From NCBI RefSeq assembly GCF_902652985.1, contig NC_047020.1, positions 29,760,001-29,824,000 on the forward strand: a stretch of DNA of 64,000 nt, written 5' to 3'. The DNA comes from Pecten maximus (Eukaryota). Below the pieces are notes generated by a model that saw only the letters and a program-made list of their open reading frames with translations, did no database searches and was not told where the DNA came from. The translations under genes were made by a program, and so were the position numbers. Of this stretch, positions 36,138 to 48,907 are shown piece by piece. Within the stretch, counting starts at the first letter, position 1; every line of letters begins with the position of its first letter.

Positions 36138-36648
36138 CTAAAATGAATACCAGAACAGTTAATCTACAGATCTAGAGAAACACTTTGAAGCATCACTAAT
36201 GCCGATAGAGGAGATTGTAGGTTGCACTACTAGTAAAGCCTGGTGGGAATTTTCCTTCAGCCTAGTGGTTAGGGCACTCAGAAAGAGAGGGAGAGAAAGG
36301 TAGTTTGAGCTGTAGTGTAGGCAGGACAATTTTAGGTACTCCTTCCTATTACATTTAAAACTGTACTATATGGGTCTCATAATTAACAGTAATAATAATT
36401 GAATGGCGCATAGGCCTCATCTTCTAAACAAAGTATGAAAAAATTACCATATCTACAATTTTAGTTATTTACATCTGTAAAGCACAGAATCAAAATCATA
36501 TATCATTGCATGTAAAACTGCTTTACAAATCTCTTAATTTTCAAAAAGCGAACAGCATACTTTATATCTGATCTAACTTCATTAAAAAAAAGCAACAAAA
36601 GAGTACTTCAAACATGAAATATTTTCCAAACTTCAGATGTTTGCTTAC

Positions 36649-36802
36649 CGACAATGTCTGGTGGCTCCAGCTTCATGCTCTCTGGCTGCTGTCCCTGTAA
36701 GAGGTTGAGCAATGCCTGCAGTGCTCGGACACATAGCTCTGGGTACTTGGCGCGTGTCTCTCGTACTAGTTCAAATAGACCACTCAGTCCAAAGGTCACA
36801 AT
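36649..36802 (-). CDS. MYCBP2: MYCBP2 exon 4
   Basis: ALQALLNLLQGQQPE. Confidence 0.93.
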
Positions 36803-36907
36803 CTGGGACACAATCAGGTATTATGTAATTAAAAAAATTTCATTCGGCTTGAGAAAGAAATGAAAAAATGTTCAGAATTCAGCTACATGATACAAAACAA
36901 CACAAAC

Positions 36908-37132
36908 CTTTGGTAACTTTATAGTTGCTTCTTTGCCCTTTTCATCACTAGTGTCGTCACTATCCGAGTCTGACTGAGCAGTGACACTGTGGTGATAGAT
37001 CTGACTCGCCTCCTTCATACATCGTTCAAGGACAGCCTGGCGGACAGCAGAGTATACGTTGAATACGGATGGGTTCAGACTCACATCCAAATTAGGCACC
37101 TGGTTCTCTGTACTCTCTGGACTTTTGTCCCT
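36908..37132 (-). CDS. MYCBP2: MYCBP2 exon 3
   Basis: NPSVFNVYSAVRQAVLE...IKLPK. Confidence 0.9.
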
Positions 37133-37493
37133 CTAAACAATTAAATATACCACAAAATTATGTTATAGACAGCCTACAGTTATATACTTTAATTTGAATG
37201 AAAAAATATATCACCTTATTTAAAATTCAACTTGAACAAATGCTTTAAATTATAATATCAAACAGAGAATCCTTTAACATGCTTAAATTGCTACATATTT
37301 CAAAGCTAATACGCATGCATGTTAAAATATGTATTCAGCTACTAAAGGGTTTTGAAAATTGCCCAAATATATTTCTTATTTCACACACATCACAGATAGT
37401 TCACAAACTGAAACAGACTGACCCATGCCTCAACCCAAAAGAAGAATCAATATAAGCTTGCGCTTATAGCTTGTTTTTTCCAATCCTTATGAT

Positions 37494-38472
37494 TAGTGCT
37501 GTGTATCGGCAACAATGTCACGATACGATACGTATTGCGATACAGACATCACGATACGATACGTATCGTGTATACGTGAAATTGTCATTAATTGAAACAA
37601 ATCAAACAATATTTAACATTCAATCTGAAGTTTTAATGACACTCATTGAACACATTTTTAACAAAAACAGTAGAATTAAACAGATCAAAATAAATGTCAA
37701 ATATAAACAGGACTCTCGATTCTTGTCACTGAAACATTGTCGACTCTGAATGTTATACCTTGGTCAACAACGTGCAACAAGTTACAACTCACGGAAACAT
37801 TCATTTTCACTGCCGAAAAGGGCGCAGATCATTTATTATAAACTAGTTATCGATACATCATGTAGCATGTTTGCTATCAGCTTTTAAACATAGTGGTTTT
37901 CGGCTTTATTTGTGTTAAACCTGTCCACAGTTTTCGGTTTTCAATACTTGTCTTGCTGGTGGTGTAAAATTGTGAAATGAGGGTGATGCCGATTTAATGC
38001 GAATTCAAGTTATTGTGTTCCCGGAATACGTTAACTCCGCCTCCCATTCTGTGCATACGGCAATACTGAATATTCTACTTCGATAGGTAAGTTCCATGTG
38101 CCGTGGACCCTTAACTTGTTTCAAGTCAACGAATATCTTTGATTTACAAGTCGGAGAAGGTTTAGTACTAAGATATAGATATAGATAGAGAGATAAAGTT
38201 AAACGGAATTACACATGGCTGTCAGCGTTAGCCGTTGTCCATATGTATTCGCAATCATCAAGGCGCTCTGCATTGGCGACTTCGTACAATCCGGTTACAA
38301 GCGGTTTACTGACGGTGCGCTTCGGCGCGCTCGATTCGCTGTATCAAATGTGTTACATGGACCCGCACCCATGTCGGAGATATTACGATACAGGGATGAC
38401 TGTATCGATGTATCGTATCGCGGCACAAAACGAACATATATCGATACGTATCGATGTATCGTTACAGCACTA
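37494..38472 (-). mobile_element. Non-autonomous hAT transposon (979 bp) in MYCBP2 intron 2
   Basis: TIR TAGTGCTGT/ACAGCACTA; exact 8-bp TSD CTTATGAT at 37486-37493 and 38473-38480; subterminal CGATA repeats. Confidence 0.92.
37720..38065 (-). pseudogene. Decayed ZBED1/Ac-type transposase N-terminus (BED zinc finger and following region)
   Basis: With frameshifts reads AVCTEWEAELTYSGNT.NLNSH.NRHHP, then FIINDLRPF.AV.NECFREL, then RYNIQSRQCFSDK. Confidence 0.75.
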
Positions 38473-38579
38473 CTTATGATAGATGTTATTGTATTGTGAT
38501 GTAGTGTGTAAGTGTATTTGAATAAAATATTAACTAAACCAACCCAAAATTTGAAAGAAAATGTATGTATATGTCTTGC

Positions 38580-38646
38580 CTTTTGTTTCTTCTCTTTTCC
38601 TTTAGTCTTCACTTTCTTTTTTGTCTTTTTCTTTTCATTTTTCTTT
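38580..38646 (-). CDS. MYCBP2: MYCBP2 exon 2, Lys-rich (KKNEKKKTKKKVKTKGKEKKQK)
   Basis: TAG acceptor; needs a GC donor AAG|GCAAGA; corresponds to the basic N-terminal stretch of MYCBP2; phases fit both neighbours. Confidence 0.7.
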
Positions 38647-39471
38647 CTATAAAATTGAAGAATAGAAATTAAATATATGGATAAGAAACAGACTAGTACA
38701 AGGTACACCAATGGTATATGAATATGAGACTATAGACTGATGTACTACAAATTCTATGAAATCCAACAAATATGTAATTTTATAAACTTGAAATAAAACT
38801 TCTGTTTAATCAATCTCCCCTGACCAGTTTACCACTATTGTTTTTCTTTTTTTCCTTTTTGACATTTTCTATAATGTGTCAGCCAGATTACTACCTTTAA
38901 TACCTTTATGAACCATAATTTTATAAATATGAAAACTTCTTTTATTGGAGTCCTCTTATACCTTAATATAGCAAAACATTACTTATTTAACCTCTGCCCT
39001 TAGCAAGTGAATTTACATAAGGTATGCAGTTATTACATTACTCTTACTCTACAGTTGATTCAACAATTATTATATATCCAGTGTATCTTCTTGAAAATAC
39101 AAGTTATGTCACTCGAAACTAAATAAGACAATTGGTTGTTAGCCTAATTATGATGGCAATGGCCAGAATTAAGGGTTGCAGGACTTAGACAATCAGTCAC
39201 TTTTAACATATTTCCATCTTGTAGTACATGGGAACGTTACAGTACCAGAATGGATAGTTAATGGATTGGAGTACGTAGCTTGTGATACGGTTAGAATACT
39301 GTAGGAAGTTTGGTTAGCCAAATGAAATGAAAGTGGGCTTTCCAGACATTTCCTAAATCTTCAATACAAAATGCAAGAGACATTCTGGGACAGTGAGTAA
39401 TCATTTCAATATAAGCACGATTACAAGTTTTCGTTTTATAATCACATATCGTGGATATTAAATAGTCATAC

Positions 39472-39596
39472 TTAGAAGCGGATATCTCATCGATATCAAT
39501 ATCGAATAGCTCGTGAAATTTGCTGCTGAGAGTTCCTCCTTCCAGGAACCTATCCAGCTCGCTTCTCGACGCAGGCAAAATTTGCACTGCTGCCAT
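39472..39596 (-). CDS. MYCBP2: MYCBP2 exon 1 (MAAVQILPASRSELDRFLEGG...)
   Basis: ACAATGG start context; donor AA|GTATGA, phase 2. Confidence 0.75.
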
Positions 39597-40220
39597 TGTC
39601 TCCAAGACAAAACGGCTGAATTCTTAGTTCTCTTTCACCAATCATAAAATCACAAATCCATCATGTAGGTGATCTCACAACCAGAAAATAGCCACTATAT
39701 ATTCTGACGTCTGACTTTCAACCATATTGAATGAAAAGCAGCAGTTGATACATTTTACAGAATGTCGGTCTAGTAAAAACAAACGGAAATTTCAAATTAT
39801 TTGAGTTGCTGAATATCTTAAGTTCAATGAAATTAAAATATTTTACCATATTTTTTGTCTTAATAAAATTATTTATACCGAATTAATGAAATAGATAAAA
39901 TAATGAAATGAAAATATGATAGACATTTCCGTCTAATATTCATGACATTATGTATTCTAAATACATACTAAATTACGGATAAAGTCGGACGGAACAGGAT
40001 AAATCCGCATTTTCGTTGGCTAGCGCGAGTTAGAATCTATTTAATAGACTCGCGTCTTAGTACTATGAAATAAAGGAATAAATGCAATAATTTTACACCG
40101 ACTTACGTAATTATGAAACACAAGATTGTTCAACAAATCGGTTGCTTTGGATGATAAGTTAGAATGAATTTGTTATTCGCCTACAGTAGCTGTCCCGTAA
40201 TTACGGGGATAACGTCGATA
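39597..40220 (-). promoter_or_regulatory. Probable MYCBP2 5' UTR/promoter region
   Basis: Directly upstream of the ATG; CpG frequency rises; CRE-like TGACGTC near 39705; TSS not determinable. Confidence 0.4.
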
Positions 40221-41698
40221 CAGGGAACTATGAACCAATCGTTATGAAAATTGATATATGAGTGATCTTTGCGCCATCATTTGCTTTGAAGTAAAAAGTA
40301 TGCTCCTCCATGCTTATTTTCTCGATGTACTAGACGTTTTGGGAGAAATATGCAATTTAAAAAAAAAACAAAAAAAACAAAAACAAAAAACAAAAAAAAA
40401 ACAAAAAAAAAAGAAAAAGAAAGAAAGAAAGAAAAAAGCCACAATTCTCTGTAAATGTTCTTATTAAGTTTCCCAGTGGTTACAGGAGATCCTAATTTAG
40501 CTGAAAAACTTCACTTAAAATTAAGAATTTTATATTTGGAGGTACTTCTATTTCACCAAAATATTGAAATTTTAACCCCCCTCTCCTCTACTTTTTCAAG
40601 AATGAAACCACACAAGCTTACATTATGAAAGAATAAAAGCATCACCTCGCCATATAAGTGTGTTTTTTTCTTAATGTTATCTTGAAATAAATCTGTCTCT
40701 ACGTATTCATTGATTAATTCAAACTAGAAAGTTCTCCATGTAATAACAGTTGCTTCCCCTGGTACACTATGTGCAGTATTTCAGCAAGTACTGCGAAGTG
40801 TTTGCAACTGGCTGCAAATAACCGAGAATCTTAATTGGCTTCTCCTGATTCACATAACTCCATGCTGATAATTCTTAACAATTCTCGTTTTTAACTATCA
40901 CACGTCGATTTAAATATCAATTTAAGACACAGCATTAATATATACGTGTATGTATATAGTTTTGTCCTTCTAGGACTAGTTTTTTTTTTTAAACATTTAA
41001 GTACATTGTATCTACTACATTGTACATATATGATGTCCACTTATCAGTATTGTGTAGTAGAAGATTCTGCTCAGGTTTATCTGTATTTCTGTTCAGTAGT
41101 GTCCATACTAGACCACACGCCCCTCTCCGGTTTCTATTTCTGGTGTAAAGAGTGGTGAGACTGAACGTTGAGGGCTGAAATTTTGTGTCATTTCCCCTAT
41201 AATCCAATATACTACTTGGGTCACCATCCTTCACCCATCCTTCACAGCGAGGATATTTCCTCCTCATTTCTAAATTTGATAATGTTTCTGGGGTTTACGG
41301 TGTTCATATGTGTATTATACTCAAATCATTTCTAGTCCTCTCTTCTCTCACTTACACCAAAACCTATCCCTTTTGTAAGTTAGACTGCAGTCGGTATATG
41401 CAGCAGCAATTGTCCCTTGTAGTGCCGAAATGTTGCTAATGCATAGCCAACATATTACACAAAAACCTTTCTTTTGGAAATGCATTGTTTTCTAACAAAT
41501 TCAAAGCAACGATTAAATGAGCGGTCAATAGTGCTGAACTGAACGTTCTGAAATGGTTATAAGTGCATCTTTAACATATTACAATGTATGTTGGTAAATT
41601 AGAGACGGACTGTTACAGAATGATTGCCTTGTCGTTTTAACAATAATTATTGATATACATGATATATATGCTGCAATATCGTATTAATTCGTGATATT

Positions 41699-41829
41699 TA
41701 AGCAATGAACAGTGGTTTAAATGTTGTTATTGTCGATATGGCAGCATATGTTTCCATGCTACATTTGCCCACCATACGTCTTGCTGCCATATCGACTATA
41801 ACAACATTTAAACCACTGTCCAATACTTA
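41699..41829. repeat. Palindromic (fold-back) element, 38-bp near-perfect arms
   Basis: 41709-41746 pairs with 41782-41819 with one mismatch. Confidence 0.85.
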
Positions 41830-41862
41830 TATTTACACTGTCTTACCATTCCCGTCAACTTT

Positions 41863-42162
41863 GAAAAAAACTGAACTAACAAACAAAAATCCCGCCTTTT
41901 TAATGTCACATGACCAACTGGGTGTTATAGCCTGAGGCACTGGGTGTTATAGGCGTATGGTGGCAACTGCCTCTTAGCATTGTGTCAATGGGGAAATGCG
42001 GAGCAAATGTAAATATCTTTGTAAAAACTAAACCAACACAAAAAATACCGCCTTTTGTAATGTCACATGACCCACTGGGTGTTATAGCCTGAGGCACTGG
42101 GTGTTTTAGGCGTATGGTGGCAACTGTCTCTTAGCATTGTGTCAATGGGGAAATGCAGAGCA
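41863..42162. repeat. Direct tandem duplication of ~157 bp (2 copies)
   Basis: ...TGTCACATGACC(A/C)ACTGGGTGTTATAGCCTGAGGCAC...GGGGAAATGC twice. Confidence 0.9.
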
Positions 42163-43619
42163 TTAGTATTCTTTCTTTTGAATTTATCTTACATGCAGTT
42201 TGAAACGGATATTGTGATTATTGGTGTGATGTGTAACGTCCGTATGAAGAAGGTGTCTAAGGATATCTCGGGACAACACACAGAAAGAACAGATAGGAAG
42301 TGAATATGTAATGTAAAACGTTAACATACGACAAATCTACCCCTAGCCAGCAAGAGAGTTGACGGGGAGTGATGACAGGACACAGTCACCCCTTACGACA
42401 TGTCGTGAGGCAATTCTTTCATATTCGATATACTTTCTCCTTGTCTTAACATGACAATCTTTATTATGATTTAGTGATTTCACGCTGTTGGTTATTATAG
42501 GTAGGGTGACTTTTGAACTTACGAGATGGGTTGTTATGTTACTAAACGTTTTATGTGTTTTGTTGTCATGGAACATTGTCACGATTTCTTAAAATCGTTG
42601 ATGTCCATGACGACTACTGCCGAATCGGTAATATCTCAATCGCCGTGACACAATCTTTAATTTTTCTGGTAGATGGAGATGTCTGCTAAAAAAAAAAAAA
42701 AAAAAAAATGTGTACAAATACATTTTATACGGGGAAATAATTCGACAAAAAGCAAAATGTCAGTTTCAACAATCTTTATTCCTGCCGAATAGAAGACATA
42801 ACAGCTGCCTTATGAAGGTGTATCTATTACTAAATTAATATCTCGTTTTCATATTATTTGCGTGTTTTTTGTACAAACCTTTAATGGACGATGATACCAC
42901 TCCTATCATAACAGAACTGTTGACTAGAAAAAAGGTCGCATATTTACATGCAGACGTCTAGAATATTCAGCGATTTGTTTTTGTAATTCATAGTAAAATT
43001 TCGTCAGAAAATCTATCCAAACCATTAATGACCGATATCATTTCAATTCCAGGATCGAAAACAACAAGTACATCCCAAAGGTAAGAACGGTGGTTTGAAA
43101 TCTGTTTTAGCAGGACAGTTGCGGGTCACCCGGTGAATGTCACAGCTCAGGTAAGTAGATATCCTTTCTTCAAAAGGCTGATTTACACCTAGCAAGGTAT
43201 ACTCCGTAAATACAGTACTAACGAGATCATTTCCTCATTTAATATACTTTTATCTCCTGTGTTCACGGAACTTATTGCCCGCTCTATACCGGTTTAGTCT
43301 GTATTAGTGTTCTTATCGCCAGGTTACTGTATGTTTAAACTGTTGGTAAAGTGTGTCTTAAGATGTTTTCATGAGCTGTTTTGCCGAAAGTGATGGTTTA
43401 TTGAATTTATTGTTTCGCTAACATATTTATTTAGTTATTTACCTTGACAATTTAACCATGTTGAACTATTTGACCACACGATTTCTTTAGATTAACTTGT
43501 CTTATGATTTTGCTGTATGTCAGACTTTGATAACAAGGATTTATGCCCGAATCAACGTGATGAACATGTCTACCTTTTTGTCATTAAATCGTCTCTTAAT
43601 GTTCACCTGTTGTCATTGT

Positions 43620-44092
43620 ACCAGACCTCTTTGTCGTAAAACTTGTTCTCTTTTTCGTAATACTAGTTTTTCTCGTCGCAATACTAGTTCCCCTCGCCGT
43701 CATATTAATTCTCCTTGTCGTCATACCGGTTCTCCTTGTCGTAATACTAGTTCTCCTTGTCGTCATACTAGTTCTCCTTGTCGTCATACCAGTTCTCATT
43801 GTCGTCATACTAGTTCTCCTTGTCGTCATACCAGTTCTCCTTGCCATCATACTAGTTCTCCTTGTCGTCATACTAGTTCTCCTTGCCGTAATACTTGTTC
43901 TCCTTGTCGTAATACTAGTTCTCCTTGTCGTAATACTAGTTCTCCATGTCGTAAAACTAGTTCTCCCTGTCGTAAAACTAGTTCTCCTTGTCGTCATACT
44001 AGTTCTCCTTGTCGTAAAACTAGTTCTCCCTGTCGTAAAACTAGTTCTCCCTGTCGTAAAACTAGTTCTTCTTGCCGTCATACTACTTCTCG
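43620..44092. repeat. 21-bp minisatellite, ~22 copies
   Basis: Unit ACTAGTTCTCCTTGTCGT(C/A)AT. Confidence 0.95.
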
Positions 44093-45814
44093 CAAAATGA
44101 ATAAAACTACATGCCGCTGTTTCTTGCTTCTCGAATTAGTCAGTGATGATAGGGGCGTGACATGTTGATAACGCGGAGGCGACCGAGGAAACTAAAATAG
44201 GTCAAAATGTGAAAAAAAATAAAGCTTATGTGAACCGAGACGTTGTACTATTAATCAGCAAATACCGACGTGTTAACGAAACTGTGAATCAAACTCAAAG
44301 TCGATAAAACAAACAGGCTGAAGTCATAAACCAGTGACAGATTTAAATGGAGACAGTTGTGAAAATAACAAAGCAAAAACACCAGGTGTTCCGGAAGAGA
44401 AAACGTCTTCTACATCTCCAACGTAAATCTAAGGTAAAATATAAATATTATGTCAAAAACTGATAACAGTGGTGGTAACGAACGTCAAACACGTACAATT
44501 TCGCAAAATATCCGAATGGGGATAATGATGCTATTATAAAAACTTTTACATGGTTTTTATCAACTTGCATCTGTGAAAACACCGCGTTGGAAGTATTCCT
44601 CTTCAGACAGGTGAGCTAAAAGTATACGGGGATTTATGTAAACACACAACCGATTGTGCTTCGTTAGGATAAAAAAACCTGTTTCTCTGGGAGACATACG
44701 CGTATATAGGTTCACAGATATCTATTTACATGACGACATACAGCAGTAATATCGATCACCTCCACCCACCGTTATCCCCAGCAGGAAGTCTCGTACCGCT
44801 CTATCACCCGGACGTGACGTATGCTGTTATTTACCTGTCACTGCCATACGCGTAACGTCGCAACCACACAAGATTTACCGCCTCACGACGCCGTATATAC
44901 AGCGGCGCGTGCTAAGGCAGGGGAGACAAACCGACAGCCAACAGACGGCCGTGGGTGATGCCCAGTCATTACACCGCCGGTCCCAAATCACCACCAACAG
45001 GAGCATCGTCCTTCTTCAGGTCACGCTGACTTACACCCAACATTTGTGACAACTGCAACCATTTATTAGCGTACCAGAACAAGGCCCCAGTGTGTATGTC
45101 CGGGATAAATATATGTATCGGGATCACGAGCCTCTTACTTTAGTCTTTAAAATGGTTTCAGGTAAGGCAAAGTTGCCATGTCTACGCCGTGTACTTGTCC
45201 ATGACAGTCATGGGTACCACAACAGTATGTCACACGGTCATTTACTTAAAATAGATATATTCATATATAATCATATGTAATTTTAACTATAAATCGGCAA
45301 GACGAGGACAAATACGAACACAGCATTGGTTATAATAGGTTGAGAAAGCATGGATGTTACTATCTATAAATGGAAAATTGAAATTTCACTATTATTAGTT
45401 GTAAGTGAAGATCGAGGTAAGCGGCTGATGTTGAAGTGTCTGAAGTGTCTTTGATTTTAAGTTCAGAGTTTAAGTTGAGAAACTTCAATGATTCTCACTT
45501 TAAGACCTAGACATTATTTTGGATTAACCTAGACTTAGAAAAGATAACATCCTTGTCGATAAAGAAGATATCTTTTTCACGGGTAGCAATATTTGTGTTT
45601 TTTTAGCGACTTTAATGACTTTTTAAATATATTATAATCACTTGTTTTTCAAATTTTTGAGTGAATCTCAGGACCCGAATATTGTATTAAACTTTAACGT
45701 TTTGTTTCAATAATGTCAACGTTATGTCACTATGATTATATATTGTAATGTTCAAAGTCAATTAAAAATCTGTCAAAGGGAAATTTCGCACAATTCACAA
45801 TTTACTTTTTTTGA

Positions 45815-45866
45815 TGTCGGATGGCAGAGTGATAACACTCTTGCCTTTTACCTAGGCGGCCGTCGT
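45815..45866 (+). mobile_element. Truncated 5' head of the same SINE family as 33785-33960
   Basis: GGATGGCAGAGTGATAACACTCTTGCCTTTTACCTAGGCGGC resembles GGGTGGCACAGTGGTAACACAGTTGCCTTTCACCTAGACGGC. Confidence 0.6.
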
Positions 45867-48385
45867 TAACAGATTTGTGTTGTATTAGCCGAACTGTATG
45901 GGATATTGGTGTACAAATCGACAGGAAAAAAACCTAACGAAACAATGAAATTGAAATCCCAACAGAAATTATCAGTTAATAAGGCGTACACAATTTACCC
46001 AAAACAAACATCTATGATCAAGTGAACCTTCAGGTCCGGCATTCCCCGATGCACTTTATTTAGGCGGTCTAATTTTATATTGGTCAGAGGTATTCACACA
46101 AATTTCTCTTGCCTAAACTGACCACAGGAACAATGTTTTCATGCTGACTAGTTTTGAATCATTAGACAGAGTTCTTAAATGTGCAGTTCAACAAGGACCT
46201 TTGTAACTTGTGCGGTATGCCACTTTAAATAATTAGTTGCAATTCTTTTATATTGTATCGACAAAAAAGACTTACCTGGTATTTTAAAATAACAATTATC
46301 CAGTATTATAGAGTAACATGTAGACGAGTATTTTATCGTGTATGGATGAAATGTCATACGATATGTTAGAAGGAAATTGCATTGTATAAACATATCAAAA
46401 ATCCCGGTCAACGACAAACATAAAAATGACACAAAGATTATTGTCATGCAATGTTTTGATATGGAAAGGGAATGATGACCTGTGCGGTGATGACATTTCA
46501 TTTAGTGAGAAGATGTTTATTTTGTTCCTTTTTATGCGACTAAATCGGCCAGTGTCCTTGTATTACTGTAAGATGCCATGAATATACGATCCATCTGTTT
46601 ACGTACCGGTGACAGGTTATCGTCCAGCTTATCTGAAATACTACTAATTTGAGGAGATCCATTTGAAATCAACAACGGTAATGACAGGCCCATCTATTGA
46701 CTGGATAATGTCACGTCACTTGTTTGATTATAGCAATCAATTCCCCAGCAGACATGCATTACACGTGTATATATCCGATAGATAAAACAGATCATCCCGA
46801 CGTAGTAGCCCCTCTGTCCTTGTACGACATCAAGGTCAATCGACTATAGACGCGTCCTTGAGCTGTAAATTTGTCTCTGGGTATCTTAAATAGATTTCAT
46901 TTCTTCTCCATCTTTTACAAATCAGTTAATTTAAATATGTATGACAGGAATACGATAACCTCTGAGTTAGTGGTGGCCGCTGGCCGCTGTACATATAGGC
47001 AAATACGATCATATCCTAATTCCCGGTAAGATATAAGGATATGCGATAACCGCACCAGAAACAATTTGTTCAAAGGGTCTAGTGGCCTTTTTCGGGATCT
47101 TATAAGATCAACAGATTTGGCTTAATATGAAACAACTGCCATATCATATCATATGATACAAATTAAAACTAACCTTATAAGCTCTTAAAGCATGATGTAA
47201 ACGTACTAACTAAATGCCATCCGTAGACTTTGTAAAAAAGTTGTGTAACACTAAATTTGGTGTTATTCAGTGCATGCCCTTGATGGTCAAAATACGTGTT
47301 AACGTCATATTGGATAACACGAATATTGCTATCAAGAAAGTGGATGTTCAAGAATCAGATATAAAAAATCGAGCTAGTCAAGTGCATTATCTTATTTGGT
47401 ATGAAGACCAACGTAAGAAGCTGATAAGCAAGGCTTGTAGTCACTGAGTTCAGGTAGATTATGACTCGATGTCTCACGAGGGCACGTGTTCCATTTTGGT
47501 TTGGCGTGTGGAAGTGTAGAGAGTTCAAAACATTTTCCAAACCACAAAATTTAGCATTGACCACAGCTACGATATAATGACTTAGAATGGTAGCATGAAA
47601 GTTGGATGAAAGCTTATTTTTATTTGGAAATGAAAACCTGTCCGTAGCCATTAATATAGAAGTTTTCAGACACGTGCACATTAAGTAAAATTTATCAATT
47701 GTACATCATGATTTGTATGCCTTGTTAAATGTTGTCATGTACATATTAATATATGGATTGTAATAGAGGAAAAGGCGTTAATAAGAACCCTCTGTTCAAC
47801 TTGGGGGCAATATATATGTTTAAATCAAATGAAAGCTTAGAACTAGTTGAGCGAATTTACGAGCCAAAAATTCTAATGAAGGTCTCTTACAAATACTTTT
47901 GTTATCAATGTGTTCAAGACGATATCTTTTGCAGAAATTGGCAATGTTAGATAACCTTTTACTTATTTCCATATATTTATAGTTGGTGCAGACGTCATCT
48001 CCATATCCTCGGAATTTTCTGTATTTGACACCATACATACTGTAATGTTGTGGTTATTAGTTTGCCCATCCTGTGTAAATGTTTGACTATATTCAACTAT
48101 TAGACAGTCGACTAACATAACTGCTTCCCTATTTGATTCGATATCCAAGTGCTTGTTCCTAATACCACGACCAATGTGAGACCAATGTGAGACCAATGAG
48201 GAGTTTTATGGTCGACTTCATGGTCTGATTTGTAAGTAAATTTCTTTTTCCTTTTGCGATATATTTGTTAATATGCCTAGCGGTTCCGTTGTCAACATCC
48301 AGAATTTCATTTTGAGAATGTGACTCAACCTGGACTTGTATGGCGGGTGTCGTCGACAAAGCAGAAGACATATTTCTCGCCACGA

Positions 48386-48907
48386 ACACCTGGTTTAATC
48401 CTCCTTGTACTTGTTAAGGGCCTCTACACCTAGTTTAATACCCCTTGTACTTTGTTAAGGGCCTCTACACCAGGTTTAATACCCCTTGTACTTGTTAAGG
48501 GCCTCTACATCCGGTTTAATACCCCTTGTACTTGTTAAGGGCCTCTACACCTAGTTTAATTCTCCTTGTACTTGTTAAGGGCCTCTACACCTGGTTTAAT
48601 TCTCCTTGTACTTGTTAAGGGCCTCTACACCTGGTTTAATTCTCCTTGTACTTGTTAAGGGCCTCTACACCTGGTTTAATTCTCCTTGTACTTGTTAAGG
48701 GCCTCTACACCAGGTTTAATACCCCTTGTACTTGTTAAGGGCCTCTACACCAGGTTTAATACCCCTTGTACTTGTTAAGGGCCTCTACATCCGGTTTAAT
48801 ACCCCTTGTACTTGTTAAGGGCCTCTACACCAGGTTTGATTCTCCTTGTACTTGTTAAGGGCCTCTACACCGGGTTTAATTCTCCTTGTACTTGTTAAGG
48901 GCCTCTA
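48386..48907. repeat. 40-bp minisatellite, 13 copies
   Basis: Unit ACACCTGGTTTAAT(AC/TC)(C/T)CCTTGTACTTGTTAAGGGCCTCT. Confidence 0.96.

Larger units (their letters stand above)
1..39596 (-). other. MYCBP2: MYCBP2/PHR-family (Highwire/RPM-1) E3 ubiquitin ligase gene, 3'-truncated by the window edge
   Basis: 58 GT(GC)-AG exons chain in consistent phase (8257 nt). Peptides match remembered MYCBP2 motifs in collinear order: LPITKSPKIV, HGGGWGYSGHSVEA, WNTGNGSPDAI, YENYSFEELRF, SAGLRIR. The DOC/B-box/RING/tandem-cysteine C-terminus is not in the window. Confidence 0.97.

Noticed and set aside
38833-38868. 36-nt Lys-rich TAG...GTAAAC segment as an extra exon in intron 1
   Set aside because: In the required phase 2 it contains TAG. 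It could only be a poison exon, and there is no other support.
42232-42650. Solo LTR (TGTAACG...CGTGACA)
   Set aside because: No target-site duplication, PBS or PPT.
43497-44168. 223-aa Cys-rich ORF (SSPCRHT)n and the antisense 161-aa ORF
   Set aside because: Products of a 21-bp stop-free minisatellite; non-ATG start in the track, no splice or homology support.
47214-48389. Cluster of short ORFs as a third gene
   Set aside because: No recognisable domain and no consistent exon chain.
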